64,000 nt of DNA. Source: Crocinitomicaceae bacterium. Lineage in GTDB: Bacteria > Bacteroidota > Bacteroidia > Flavobacteriales_D > Crocinitomicaceae. Shown one piece after another: positions 50,492 through 61,023 of this stretch. A model generated the notes under the pieces. That model did not search any database. It saw only the letters and a program-made list of their open reading frames with translations, and had not been told where the DNA came from. The stretch's first letter is position 1. Each line of letters starts with the position of its first letter. The stretch lies in assembly GCA_031409255.1 (NCBI GenBank), contig JANNWW010000074.1, positions 18,042 to 82,041 on the forward strand, given 5' to 3'. A program made the translations under genes and the position numbers.

Positions 50492-51490
50492 ATGCGTTTA
50501 AAAGACAAACGAGTATTAGTTACAGGTGCAGACGGATTCATTGGATCTCACCTCGTAGAAGCTTTAATTAATGAAGGTGCAATTGTGCGCGCTTTTTGCT
50601 ACTACAATTCCTTTAATAGATGGGGTTGGTTGGATACCTTACCTCAAGATAAATTGAATCAAATTGATATTTTTACTGGCGATGTGCGTGATCCAAATGG
50701 TGTGCGTACAGCAATGAAAGACATCGATATTGTTTATCATTTGGCAGCATTAATTGCAATTCCTTATTCTTACCATTCGCCTGATGCATACGTTGATACA
50801 AATGTAAAAGGCACTTTAAATATTGTTCAGGCAGCTAAAGATTTGGGAACGGAACGCGTTTTGATCACTTCAACAAGTGAAGTTTATGGAACAGCAAACT
50901 ATGTTCCAATTGATGAAAAACACCCACGTCAAGGGCAATCTCCCTATTCAGCTACAAAAATTGGCGCTGATTCAATTGCTGAGTCTTTTTACAGAAGTTT
51001 TGATTTGCCAATCACAATCGTTCGACCATTTAATACCTTTGGACCAAGACAGTCTGCTCGCGCAATTATCCCAACAATTATTTCACAATTATTGAATGAT
51101 TACAATGAAATAAATTTAGGTGATTTAACTCCAACGCGTGATTTAGTTTTCGTAAAAGATACTGCACGTGGCTTCGTTGAAATTTCACTTTGTGATAAAT
51201 TAATTGGACATGAAGTCAATATCGCAACTCATAATGAAATTAGCATAGGCGATTTAGCGAATGAATTAATTGCTCAAATCAAACCAGCAGCTACAATTAA
51301 ACAACAAGAAGAGCGTATGCGCCCTGAAAAATCCGAAGTATTTCGCTTATATGGAGACAATACTAAATTGAAAGAATTTACTGGGTGGGCTCCTGAAACT
51401 TCCCTTTCGGATGGTTTGAAAGAAACAATTGAATGGTTCAGAAATCCAGAGAATTTGAAAAACTACAAAGCAAATATTTACAATATTTAA
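50492..51490 (+). CDS. legB: NDP-GlcNAc 4,6-dehydratase (LegB-type)
   Basis: VTGADGFIGSHL, AALIAIPYSY, QSPYSATK, RPEKSEV.RL. Confidence 0.88.
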   Translation: MRLKDKRVLVTGADGFIGSHLVEALINEGAIVRAFCYYNSFNRWGWLDTLPQDKLNQIDIFTGDVRDPNGVRTAMKDIDIVYHLAALIAIPYSYHSPDAYVDTNVKGTLNIVQAAKDLGTERVLITSTSEVYGTANYVPIDEKHPRQGQSPYSATKIGADSIAESFYRSFDLPITIVRPFNTFGPRQSARAIIPTIISQLLNDYNEINLGDLTPTRDLVFVKDTARGFVEISLCDKLIGHEVNIATHNEISIGDLANELIAQIKPAATIKQQEERMRPEKSEVFRLYGDNTKLKEFTGWAPETSLSDGLKETIEWFRNPENLKNYKANIYNI

Positions 51491-51499
51491 TGTTCCGAA

Positions 51500-52660
51500 A
51501 TGAGTATGCCTGATAAATTTGCACAAATTGTCACCATTGTAAAAGAAAGATACGGTAAAACTGATTTCATTCCACTACATGTTCCTTATTTTGGAGGTAA
51601 TGAAAAAGAATATTTGATAGAGTGTATTGATTCAACTTTCGTTTCTTCCGTTGGAGAATTTGTTAATCGATTTGAGGAAGAAATGGCCAAATTTACTGGA
51701 GCAAAACATGCTGTTGCAACGGTAAATGGAACTGCAGCATTGCACATGGCTTTACTAATTGCAGGTGTAAAACGCGAAGACGAAGTGATTTCGCAAGCAT
51801 TAACCTTTGTAGCCACTGCAAATGCAATTTCATATATCGGTGCGAGTCCTATTTTTTTAGATGTAAGTAAAGAAACGCTAGGTTTATGTCCAAAAGCAGT
51901 TTCAAGATTTTTGGAAGAAAACACGTTTCAAAACGAAGCTGGTTTCTGTGTAAATAAAACTACTGGAAAAGTCATTCGTGCTTGTGTTCCAATGCATTCT
52001 TTTGGTTTTGCTGCAGAAATTGAAGAATTAATGACTATTTGCGAAAAACACAATATTGTTTTGGTTGAAGATGCCGCTGAATCTCTTGGAACATATGTGA
52101 ATGGAAAACATACTGGAACTATTGGTCACATTGCAGCTTTCAGTTTTAATGGAAATAAAACCATTACTTCTGGTGCTGGCGGAGCAATTATAACAAATAA
52201 CCCAGATTGGGCGAAAAGAGCCAAACATTTGACAACTACGGCTAAAGTAGCGCATCCTTGGGATTTTTTCCACGATGAAGTGGCCTACAATTACAGGATG
52301 CCAAATGTGAATGCAGCATTATTGTGCGCGCAACTAGAACAATTGAATACTATTTTAGAAAACAAAAGAGAAACAGCGCATTATTATGCTGATGCTTTTT
52401 CAAAAATTGGCGTTTCTTTCGTAACTGAACGAGAAAACACAAAAGCGAATTATTGGTTAAATACAATTGTTTTGGAAAACAAAGAGCAACGAGATGCATT
52501 CTTGAAATATTCAAATGAAAACAATGTAATGTCCCGTCCTGTTTGGAAATTAATGACTGATTTACCTGCTTTTAAATCGTTTCAAAAAGACAGTTTGGAA
52601 AACTCAAAATGGTTGGATGAACGTTTGGTAAATATTCCAAGTTCGGTAATTCTTAAATAA
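51500..52660 (+). CDS. legC: LegC-family aminotransferase
   Basis: FIPLHVP, STFVSSVG, SFNGNKTIT, YNYRMPNVNAAL. Confidence 0.88.
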   Translation: MSMPDKFAQIVTIVKERYGKTDFIPLHVPYFGGNEKEYLIECIDSTFVSSVGEFVNRFEEEMAKFTGAKHAVATVNGTAALHMALLIAGVKREDEVISQALTFVATANAISYIGASPIFLDVSKETLGLCPKAVSRFLEENTFQNEAGFCVNKTTGKVIRACVPMHSFGFAAEIEELMTICEKHNIVLVEDAAESLGTYVNGKHTGTIGHIAAFSFNGNKTITSGAGGAIITNNPDWAKRAKHLTTTAKVAHPWDFFHDEVAYNYRMPNVNAALLCAQLEQLNTILENKRETAHYYADAFSKIGVSFVTERENTKANYWLNTIVLENKEQRDAFLKYSNENNVMSRPVWKLMTDLPAFKSFQKDSLENSKWLDERLVNIPSSVILK

Positions 52661-52668
52661 GTAAATAC

Positions 52669-53691
52669 ATGTTTGAAGATAAAATATATATTATTGCTGA
52701 AGCGGGTGTCAATCACAATGGAAGTTTAGAATTGGCTAAACAGTTAATCGCAACTGGAAAGAAAGCTGGAGTAGATTGTGTAAAATTTCAAACATGGAAA
52801 ACGGAGGAATTATTGACCGAAGACGCTCCAAAAGCTGACTATCAATTGAAAAATGATGGAGACAGTTCTCAGTTTGAAATGTTGAAAAAATTAGAACTCA
52901 GTTATGCTGATTTCAAAGAATTAAAAGCTTATTCCGAATCCATTGGTGTTGACTTTTTATCTACTCCTGATGAGAAAAAAAGCCTCGATTTTTTAGTTGA
53001 CGAAATAAATATCAAATTAATAAAAGTTGGTTCTGGTGAAGTTTCAAACTTGTTATACCTGAAACAAATAGCACAGAAAAAACTTCCAGTAATACTTTCG
53101 ACAGGCATGTCAAACATGGCTGATGTGGAAAGAGCCTATTACACTTTAATCGACAATGGAGCTCCTGAAGTTGCATTATTACACTGTACTTCAGAATATC
53201 CAGCACCATTAAACACGGTGAATCTGAAAGCAATGGATACTTTGAAATCTGTTTTTCTTACAACAGTTGGTTATTCAGATCACACAGAGGGAATTGCAAT
53301 TTCATTAGCTGCCGCTGCAAGAGGTGCACGAATTATTGAAAAGCACTTTACTTTAGATAAAACAATGGAAGGTCCTGATCATGTTGCATCCATTGACCCA
53401 ATTGAATTAAAAGCATTGGTTGACGGAGTTCGTTCAATTGAACTTTCAATGGGTGACGGTATTAAACGCATTCAATCGGTTGAAAAAGGAACTCAAAAAG
53501 TGGTGCAAAAAGGAATTTACACGACTCAAGATCTTAAAGTAGGAACTGTGATTACTGAAGAAATGCTTGTTGGAAAAAGACCAGTAGTTGATTTATCTAT
53601 CGACGAATACGAAAAATTGATTGGAAAGAAAATTATAACTGATTTATCTAAAAATCAAGCAATCAAATTAAGTGACATTGATTTTAACTAA
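52669..53691 (+). CDS. neuB: Nonulosonic acid synthase (NeuB/LegI)
   Basis: IAEAGVNHNG, LHCTSEYP, GYSDHT, EKHFTLD, C-terminal AFL domain. Confidence 0.93.
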   Translation: MFEDKIYIIAEAGVNHNGSLELAKQLIATGKKAGVDCVKFQTWKTEELLTEDAPKADYQLKNDGDSSQFEMLKKLELSYADFKELKAYSESIGVDFLSTPDEKKSLDFLVDEINIKLIKVGSGEVSNLLYLKQIAQKKLPVILSTGMSNMADVERAYYTLIDNGAPEVALLHCTSEYPAPLNTVNLKAMDTLKSVFLTTVGYSDHTEGIAISLAAAARGARIIEKHFTLDKTMEGPDHVASIDPIELKALVDGVRSIELSMGDGIKRIQSVEKGTQKVVQKGIYTTQDLKVGTVITEEMLVGKRPVVDLSIDEYEKLIGKKIITDLSKNQAIKLSDIDFN

Positions 53692-54837
53692 ATGAAAAAG
53701 ATAGCTGTTTTTACTGGAGCACGATCAGAATATGGTTTATTAAAACCTTTGATTTTGGAATTAATGAAAACTGATTTTAAGTTTGAGTTAATTGTTTCTG
53801 GTGGACATCTAGACAAATCTCAAGGTTACACAATCAATGAAATCATAAAAGACGGAATTCCAATTACAGCAGAAATTCACACTACTGTTGACGATTTCGG
53901 ATTTCATGCAATAAACACTTCAAACGCAAAATTACAAATTGGTTTTTCTGAATATTTACAAAAAAATAAACCTGATTTAGTTCTTGTTCTGGGTGATCGC
54001 TCAGAATTAATTTCAGTTGTTTCATCGTGTTTGTTTGCTTCCATCCCAGTTGCACATATTTCAGGCGGTGAAGTAACAGAAGGCGCTACAGATAATCAAG
54101 TGCGGCATGCAGTCACGAAAATGAGTCATATTCATTTCCCAGCGACTGAAATCTACAAACAAAATATTCTTCGAATGGGTGAAGAGGAATGGAGGATATG
54201 TGTTTCTGGTGAACCTGGATTGGACGATGTTTTGTCTACGATTCTCCCTTCAAAAGAAGAATTTTATGAGCGTTTTTCAATTCCAAATGACAAAGAATTA
54301 GTCATTGCTACGTTCCACAGTGAAACAATTAGACAAACAATCAACAAACAATTTCTAACTGAACTGATTGAAGCTTTAGAAAAAAACTTTAGTAGTCATT
54401 TTTTATTTACTGCAGCTAATTTAGATGTGGGTGGAGAAGAAATTAATCAGACATTAATTGAAATTTCTCAAAAACATGAAAACTCTTCTTTTGTTGCTAG
54501 TCTTGGAAAAGTGAATTACTATGCAGCTCAAAAATATGCAATTGCAATGCTTGGAAATTCTTCCAGTGGAATTGTTGAAGCTATGAGTTTTTATTTACCA
54601 GTTGTAAATGTTGGACAGCGACAAGAAGGAAGATTAAGAAACGTAAATTGCATTGATGTCCCAGTTAATGTCTCTGAAATAGTTGAAGCATTAGAAAAAG
54701 CAACCAATCCTGATTTTAAAAAAAATCTAAAAAATAAGCCCAATATTTATGGCGACGGAAATGGTTCTCAAAGAATTGTTGAATTTCTTAAGGGAATTGA
54801 TTGGAACGCATTGATTCATAAAAAATCTACCTTTTGA
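53692..54837 (+). CDS. neuC: Hydrolysing UDP/GDP-sugar 2-epimerase (NeuC/LegG)
   Basis: TGARSEYG, GDRSE, HISGGE, GNSSSGIVEA, YGDG. Confidence 0.92.
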   Translation: MKKIAVFTGARSEYGLLKPLILELMKTDFKFELIVSGGHLDKSQGYTINEIIKDGIPITAEIHTTVDDFGFHAINTSNAKLQIGFSEYLQKNKPDLVLVLGDRSELISVVSSCLFASIPVAHISGGEVTEGATDNQVRHAVTKMSHIHFPATEIYKQNILRMGEEEWRICVSGEPGLDDVLSTILPSKEEFYERFSIPNDKELVIATFHSETIRQTINKQFLTELIEALEKNFSSHFLFTAANLDVGGEEINQTLIEISQKHENSSFVASLGKVNYYAAQKYAIAMLGNSSSGIVEAMSFYLPVVNVGQRQEGRLRNVNCIDVPVNVSEIVEALEKATNPDFKKNLKNKPNIYGDGNGSQRIVEFLKGIDWNALIHKKSTF

Positions 54838-55814
54838 GTCTTTCAAAATACATAGGAGGAAGTTATTCATCAACTGATTCATCCCGTTTTTACTCGGAAG
54901 ATCATTCTTTTTTCCCTGATAATTTAAACAATCTTTTATTGTCAAAATTTGAAACTGGAGCAGATGCACTAGCCTTTCTTTTAGTCAATCTAAGTCCAGA
55001 ATTTTCAAAAGTATATTTCCCAAAGCATTACTGTTTTGAAACAATTGAACGTGTAAAATTAAAAGCCTGTTCTTACGAATTTTGTACTTACACATTTGAA
55101 GACTTAGACACACTAAATGACGCAGTAATTGTTTGGAATCATTTCAATGGATACCAAGAAATTCCTGAAATACTAATTCAAAATAAAACAATTAAAGTTC
55201 TTGAGGACTGCGTTCAAAGTATTCAGTCCATAGAAAAAATAAAAGGTTTTGCAACGTTTACAAGCTTGCGTAAATGGTCGGAAATTGATTGTGCACTTGT
55301 TTATTCTCCCTTTCAAAATTCGAATGACTTTAGTAATTCAAATTATTTGCAATTAAAGAAAAAAGCAATGGACTTGAAAACTGAATGGCAAAAAAATGGA
55401 ACGAATGAATTAGAATCGGAATTTTTAAACTTGTTTTCTGAAGCCGAGAAAAGCCTTAAGAATCAAGCCATATTCACAGCAAATGAAAATCACTACAAAC
55501 GATTAAACTGGAAAGAAATTTGTACAACAAGAGAAGCAAATGCACAAGTATTAATTTCTGGTTTAAAAAAATTGAATATTGAACTTTTAGCGAGCTCTGA
55601 ACTGTTTGTAATGATTCAAATCGACAACCGAGATTCAATTAGAAAGTATTTGGCAAGCAATGGAATATTTGCTCCAATTCATTGGCTCGACTCACAAGAT
55701 GAGCCGCTCCGTAAATCCTTACTATCTTTGCCCATCGATCAGCGATACAGGGAAGAGGATATGCAGCAAATTTTGCTCACATTAAAAGAGGCAATTGAAA
55801 ATAACATTTTATAA
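54834..55814 (+). CDS. Divergent DegT-like PLP-fold protein
   Basis: VLEDCVQS (PLP Asp), TSLRKW (Lys), GIFAPIHW, LSLPIDQRY; TTG start overlaps the neuC stop. Confidence 0.6.
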   Translation: MSLSKYIGGSYSSTDSSRFYSEDHSFFPDNLNNLLLSKFETGADALAFLLVNLSPEFSKVYFPKHYCFETIERVKLKACSYEFCTYTFEDLDTLNDAVIVWNHFNGYQEIPEILIQNKTIKVLEDCVQSIQSIEKIKGFATFTSLRKWSEIDCALVYSPFQNSNDFSNSNYLQLKKKAMDLKTEWQKNGTNELESEFLNLFSEAEKSLKNQAIFTANENHYKRLNWKEICTTREANAQVLISGLKKLNIELLASSELFVMIQIDNRDSIRKYLASNGIFAPIHWLDSQDEPLRKSLLSLPIDQRYREEDMQQILLTLKEAIENNIL

Positions 55815-56835
55815 TAAAGAAACAGTTTCTGAATTTCAAAAAGCAAATTCTGATCTTTTTGATCAATTAGACATCTATTTTCAACCTTCTTTTCTTCAAT
55901 GTGAAGCAGAAATGCAAAATGGAGAATACGAAATCGCTGTAGTTCAGTCAGAAACTAATCGTTGGATTTACCCCTATATTTTAGTTCCAATTGAAGACAA
56001 TTACCTTTTTGACATTACAGCGCCATACGGCTATTGTGGACCGTTTTCAATAGATTCGTCTTTGCATTTGGTTGCTGAAAAATTGTTTATAGAAAGCATT
56101 CGTTCTAGAGGGAATGTAGTTACTGAATTTATTCGTTATCATTACGATCCCATATTACATTTCACAGAAAAATGTACGAATCTTCTTAATCGAAGAATTG
56201 TATTAACTGATGTATCTCAAACTTCTGAGCATATCTGGGAAAAACAATTTTCTGGAACAAACAGAAATATCGTTCGAAAACTAAAAAAAGAAGGATTCGA
56301 GTATTCTATTTCTGATTTCGTAATTGAAAATGTAACTTTCTTTCAAGTGTTTTATAATGAAACAATGAAAAACGCACAGGCTACAGATTTTTATTACTTT
56401 GACGAAGCTTTTTACATACAACTCATTCGTGAGTTAGGGACGAAAATAAAATTGGCAAAAGTGCATAAAGAAGGTATTGTTTACGCTGCTGCACTTTTCT
56501 TTGTCTCAGGAAAACATGTCACCTACTATCTTTCAGCGCGAAATTTAAATTTTCCAAAAGTAAGTGCAAGTAATCTCCTTTTAAGTGAAACTATTTTTTG
56601 GGCAAATGAAAACCAGTTCGAAGTTGTTAATCTTGGTGGTGGACTTTCATTAAACGAAGACGATCGATTATTCAAATTTAAATCTAACTTTGGAATAAAG
56701 TATGCTGATTTTTATATTGGAAAACGTATTTTAAACGATGAAAAATACGCTCAACTTCAAGCTGATTTTATCCAAAAAAATGGACAAGAAAAATTCAATT
56801 CAGTTCAACATATTTTACAATTTTACCGTGATTAA
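55795..56835 (+). CDS. FemAB-like GNAT protein
   Basis: DITAPYGYCGP, YYLSA, NLGGG, LFKFKSNFG double-GNAT pattern. Confidence 0.7.
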   Translation: MKITFYNKETVSEFQKANSDLFDQLDIYFQPSFLQCEAEMQNGEYEIAVVQSETNRWIYPYILVPIEDNYLFDITAPYGYCGPFSIDSSLHLVAEKLFIESIRSRGNVVTEFIRYHYDPILHFTEKCTNLLNRRIVLTDVSQTSEHIWEKQFSGTNRNIVRKLKKEGFEYSISDFVIENVTFFQVFYNETMKNAQATDFYYFDEAFYIQLIRELGTKIKLAKVHKEGIVYAAALFFVSGKHVTYYLSARNLNFPKVSASNLLLSETIFWANENQFEVVNLGGGLSLNEDDRLFKFKSNFGIKYADFYIGKRILNDEKYAQLQADFIQKNGQEKFNSVQHILQFYRD

Positions 56836-56838
56836 AAA

Positions 56839-57882
56839 ATGATTGAAATTTCAAAATATACATTACCAAGCTCAGCGACAATTCGTCAAGGATTAGAACG
56901 AATCAATGAGGTGAATGGTGACGCAGTTTTTGTTGTCGATGCTGATGAAAAAATGGTGGGAGCATTAACAGATGGAGATATACGTCGTGCTTTACTCGAA
57001 AATTATTCATTGGAATCGCTTGTTGAACAAATCATGTTTCGTTCATTCCGTTATTTGAATCAAAACGAATATAGCTTAGAAAAAATTGATGAATTCAAAG
57101 CCAAAATGATCGATTTACTTCCTGTTTTAGATGATGAGAAGCGTATCGTAAAGATTTTGAATTTAAATGAATTACGTTCTGTCTTACCTTTCGAAGTTTT
57201 ATTAATGGCTGGAGGAAGAGGCGAACGTTTACGCCCATTAACTGATGAGGTTCCAAAACCAATGTTAAAAGTTGGAGATAAACCAATCATCGAACACAAT
57301 ATCGATCGTTTAGCACTTTATGGTATCGAAAAAATGTCGATTTCTGTAAAATACAAAGCTGAACAAATTGAAGATTGCTTCGGTACAGGCGAATCCAAAG
57401 GTCTAAAAATTGAGTATATCCATGAAGATGAACCTCTAGGAACTTTGGGGGCAATTAAGCTTATAGATCACATTTCCACACCCGTTATTTTGGTAATGAA
57501 CAGTGATTTATTGACCAACATCGATTTTGAAGATTTTTACCGTTTCTTTGAGAACCATCAAGCAGATATGGCTGTTGCCAGTACTTCCTACCGTGTGAAA
57601 GTTCCATATGGCGTGTTGGAAACTTCTGGAAGTGCAATTACATCGCTTCAAGAGAAACCGACATACACTTATTTCTCAAATGCTGGAATTTATCTAATTA
57701 AAACTGAATTATTGGATCGAATTCCGAAACATACCCATTACAATGCAACCGATTTAATGGATCAATTGATCAAAGAAAACAAAAAGATTGTCAATTACCC
57801 GATTGTTCATTATTGGTTAGATATTGGAAATCCAACTGATTTTGAACGGGCACAGGAAGATGTCAAACATATTAAATTCTAA
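56839..57882 (+). CDS. CBS-domain nucleotidyltransferase (PtmE-like)
   Basis: N-terminal CBS pair (LTDGDIRRALL), MAGGRGERLRPLT..PKPML, WLDIG. Confidence 0.88.
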   Translation: MIEISKYTLPSSATIRQGLERINEVNGDAVFVVDADEKMVGALTDGDIRRALLENYSLESLVEQIMFRSFRYLNQNEYSLEKIDEFKAKMIDLLPVLDDEKRIVKILNLNELRSVLPFEVLLMAGGRGERLRPLTDEVPKPMLKVGDKPIIEHNIDRLALYGIEKMSISVKYKAEQIEDCFGTGESKGLKIEYIHEDEPLGTLGAIKLIDHISTPVILVMNSDLLTNIDFEDFYRFFENHQADMAVASTSYRVKVPYGVLETSGSAITSLQEKPTYTYFSNAGIYLIKTELLDRIPKHTHYNATDLMDQLIKENKKIVNYPIVHYWLDIGNPTDFERAQEDVKHIKF

Positions 57883-58565
57883 TGAAAGCATCACGTGAAA
57901 ATACTTTTGTATTGATTCCAGCACGCAAAGGATCGAAAGGAGTTCCAGGAAAAAATTCAAAACCGTTTGCTAATGGAATTTCACTTACTGAACGAGCAAT
58001 TCAAACTGCACTAGAAGTTTTTCATTCAAAATCTATTGTTTTAAGTACAGATGATGAAACTTTGTACCCTTTGACTGAAAAATATGGTATTCAATTGATT
58101 CAACGAGCTGAAAATCTTGCAAAAGATACTGTTGGAATGTTAGAAGTAATGTTAGATGTAGTCGAAAAACAAAGCTATCAACTTGAATATTTGCTATTAT
58201 TGCAACCAACAAGTCCTTTTAGAACCGCTGAACATTTAAAAAAAGCATTCGAACTTTTTGAAGAAAATGACCAAGCTCTTGTTTCCGTTAATGAACCCGC
58301 TGGAAATCCGTTTTATACTTTATTTGAAGAAAAAGAAGGATTTATATCAAAATGGGCGAAAAACAATGTGGTTCGAAGACAAGACTTGGCTCCTATGTAT
58401 GATGTAAACGGATTGTTATACATTTTTGAAATCGAAAGTTTAAAAAAGAAATCATGGGTAGAATTTGACAGAATTCGTCCTTTAGTTGTCTCTAAATGGG
58501 AAGCAATTGATATCGACCATCAAGAAGATTGGGACTTTGCTGTTCGTTTGGCTGAAAGCAAATAA
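57882..58565 (+). CDS. neuA: CMP-nonulosonic acid synthetase (NeuA/LegF)
   Basis: IPARKGSKGVPGKN, LLQPTSPFR, IDID..DW. Confidence 0.9.
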   Translation: MKASRENTFVLIPARKGSKGVPGKNSKPFANGISLTERAIQTALEVFHSKSIVLSTDDETLYPLTEKYGIQLIQRAENLAKDTVGMLEVMLDVVEKQSYQLEYLLLLQPTSPFRTAEHLKKAFELFEENDQALVSVNEPAGNPFYTLFEEKEGFISKWAKNNVVRRQDLAPMYDVNGLLYIFEIESLKKKSWVEFDRIRPLVVSKWEAIDIDHQEDWDFAVRLAESK

Positions 58566-59764
58566 AGACTCGTTAATAATGCAAATGGAATGATTCCAGC
58601 TTGGGATTCTACAAAAGATTCAAACAACATCGAAAAAGCAAATCCAAAGGCCAAAAGTTTCATTTCAAAATTCGAAGTCGCTTTAAATTGATAGAAAATA
58701 ATCATACACAAAGCGATAAAACCAAATAAACCAATTTGCACCCAAGTATTCAAAAATTGATTGTGCGCGTTGAGGTTGTGTTTAACAACTCCTGTATTTC
58801 CAAGTTTACTGTTTTTGGCTTTTAAAGCATCTTTCACATCGCCCGAACCAACTCCAAGAACAAAGTTTTCTTTGATCAACTTTGTTGAAGTTGACCACAT
58901 AATTAAACGAGAAGCATTGCTTTCATCAGAAGGATTGTTTTCAGTTTTAAAAGTTGAAAATGCGTTAAAAATCTCGTTGAAACGACTGCTCAAGGGATTG
59001 TTTGAGAATAGCATTAAACTGAAAATGAGAAGTAAAGACCCGATGCTTAACAATTTAAACTTCAACGATAACTTTTTTAAAATAAATTGAAGAAAAACTA
59101 CTGAAATCAATATAATTAACAACAATGCTCCCGCCTTCGATAAAGTCAGCAAACTAACAAGTGTTAAAATCAAAAAGGCTCCACTATTAATCCATCGAAA
59201 GTGTTTGTATTCAATTGCAAAATATAGCGAGATTGCACTAAAAATCGAAAGGTAAGTCGACCAATATCCTCTATGATAGAACAATGAAACTTCGTTTTCT
59301 AAAATATAATTTATTTTGAAAAACCCTTCGTAATAAAACATTCTGCCCAAAGCAAAACTAAAAATTGAGAAAGCTGCGAGCGAAAGCGTTACAGTTAAAA
59401 ATTGAAACAATGATTTTAAACTAAAGTCAAATCGTGCGAAAGAGAATAAAACTGGAAAAAGTAAAAAGGATGCTTTCATTCCTAAATCTGAAAAAGCAAA
59501 GTTGTAATTCGTTGTGTAAAGTAAACCTAAAACGTGAACAAAATAAAAAGCAATTAACCAAAACACGGGTGATTTTAATTGAATAAGAGACTTAAATCGT
59601 GTTTTTGTGTTTTTAAAATCAATAGCAAGTAAGCATCCAAAAACAACTGATATTGGAGCAAACTTAATAAAAGTAATTGAAAGCAAAAAACCTAAAAACA
59701 GGAAGTACTCGCCAATTTTAAATCGGGACCATTTTTCTATTGTATGTGAGTTTAATTTTTCCAT
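58520..59764 (-). CDS. O-antigen ligase family membrane protein
   Basis: Many TMs; RLIMW..GVGSG and AHNQFL..GLFG. Confidence 0.85.
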   Translation of the reverse strand: MEKLNSHTIEKWSRFKIGEYFLFLGFLLSITFIKFAPISVVFGCLLAIDFKNTKTRFKSLIQLKSPVFWLIAFYFVHVLGLLYTTNYNFAFSDLGMKASFLLFPVLFSFARFDFSLKSLFQFLTVTLSLAAFSIFSFALGRMFYYEGFFKINYILENEVSLFYHRGYWSTYLSIFSAISLYFAIEYKHFRWINSGAFLILTLVSLLTLSKAGALLLIILISVVFLQFILKKLSLKFKLLSIGSLLLIFSLMLFSNNPLSSRFNEIFNAFSTFKTENNPSDESNASRLIMWSTSTKLIKENFVLGVGSGDVKDALKAKNSKLGNTGVVKHNLNAHNQFLNTWVQIGLFGFIALCMIIFYQFKATSNFEMKLLAFGFAFSMLFESFVESQAGIIPFALLTSLYLLSAKRTAKSQSS

Positions 59765-61023
59765 TTCTTCACATTAAACCAGGGCATTTTATACACTTTG
59801 TAAGTATACGCCCAAGTAAATAAAAATTGTGATAAAAACGCCGTCATTGTAGAAATTGCAGCTCCAAAAAACGAATATTTTGGAATTAAATACAAGGCCA
59901 AAAGAATATTTACGACAGCTGAAAAAGTTGAAACGATTGCAATAAAAATAGTTTTTTCAAAGTAGAAAAAATAAACACTGACCATTTTGTACATTCCATT
60001 GAAAGCAAATCCAAGCGCAATCCAGAAAACCATACTTATACCAACTTGATAACTTTTTCCAAGGAAGTAGAAAATAAAAGGAGTAAATAAATAGAATAAA
60101 AGTACCAAAACCAAAATACCGATGAAATAAATGTATGTCCATTTTATTAGCGCTACTTTATCTTTAAGTTCACCATTTTTTAAGCGTTTGTATGCATAAG
60201 GAACCCAAACTAAATTAAAAGAATTTTGAAATAAGCCAATAACTTGTCCGACCATAAAACCAACACTGTAAATTCCATTTGAACCTAAGCCATGAAACTT
60301 TGTCAATAAAACTTTATCTGTATATAAAATCACCACACTCGACAACACATGAGGAATCAAAGGTATACCGTAACGAAAAATATGTTGCACATGCCCTTTA
60401 TTCAAATTCTTAGTAATAAAACCATCTTTCCACAAAATAAATATTGAAATCAAAGAAAAGAAACCGTACGAATAATTCAAACCATTGATCGATCCTTCAA
60501 AATCCTGACGAAATCCAATTACGAGAATTAAAGTGATTGACAATTCCACAACTGTTCTACCGATTCGAAAAACACCATAAGATTTCACACGATCTTCCAT
60601 TCGCCAAATCGATAGAATTACTTCAAATACATTTTGATAAAAACAATATATACCAGTGAATACGACAAAGTGCTTTGGCACTTGAATTAGGTCTGAAATT
60701 GAATCAGAAAATATAAACAGCAAGCCACTGACAAGAATTGACATAATCAACATTGTTAGCATCCCAGTTGAAACATAAGAAGGGAAAATTTCTTTATCCT
60801 TCACATATACTACTTGTAGAGCAGTCATAAAGTTGATGCTTGTAATTGGAATTAACAAAGTCAATAACGAATTGAAATTGGTTAGCTTTCCGTATTCTTC
60901 TGGAGCCAAATAATTTGTAAATAGAGGCAACAACAAAAATGGAATACCCGAATTAATTACATTCGACAAGGTATATATACCGAATGACTGAAAGGTTTTA
61001 TTTTTCAAAAAGCCCTTAATCAT
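59752..61023 (-). CDS. Wzx-like polysaccharide flippase
   Basis: LLLPLFTNYLAPEEYG, YGIPLIPH, GIYSVG, about 12 TMs. Confidence 0.88.
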   Translation of the reverse strand: MIKGFLKNKTFQSFGIYTLSNVINSGIPFLLLPLFTNYLAPEEYGKLTNFNSLLTLLIPITSINFMTALQVVYVKDKEIFPSYVSTGMLTMLIMSILVSGLLFIFSDSISDLIQVPKHFVVFTGIYCFYQNVFEVILSIWRMEDRVKSYGVFRIGRTVVELSITLILVIGFRQDFEGSINGLNYSYGFFSLISIFILWKDGFITKNLNKGHVQHIFRYGIPLIPHVLSSVVILYTDKVLLTKFHGLGSNGIYSVGFMVGQVIGLFQNSFNLVWVPYAYKRLKNGELKDKVALIKWTYIYFIGILVLVLLFYLFTPFIFYFLGKSYQVGISMVFWIALGFAFNGMYKMVSVYFFYFEKTIFIAIVSTFSAVVNILLALYLIPKYSFFGAAISTMTAFLSQFLFTWAYTYKVYKMPWFNVKKWKN

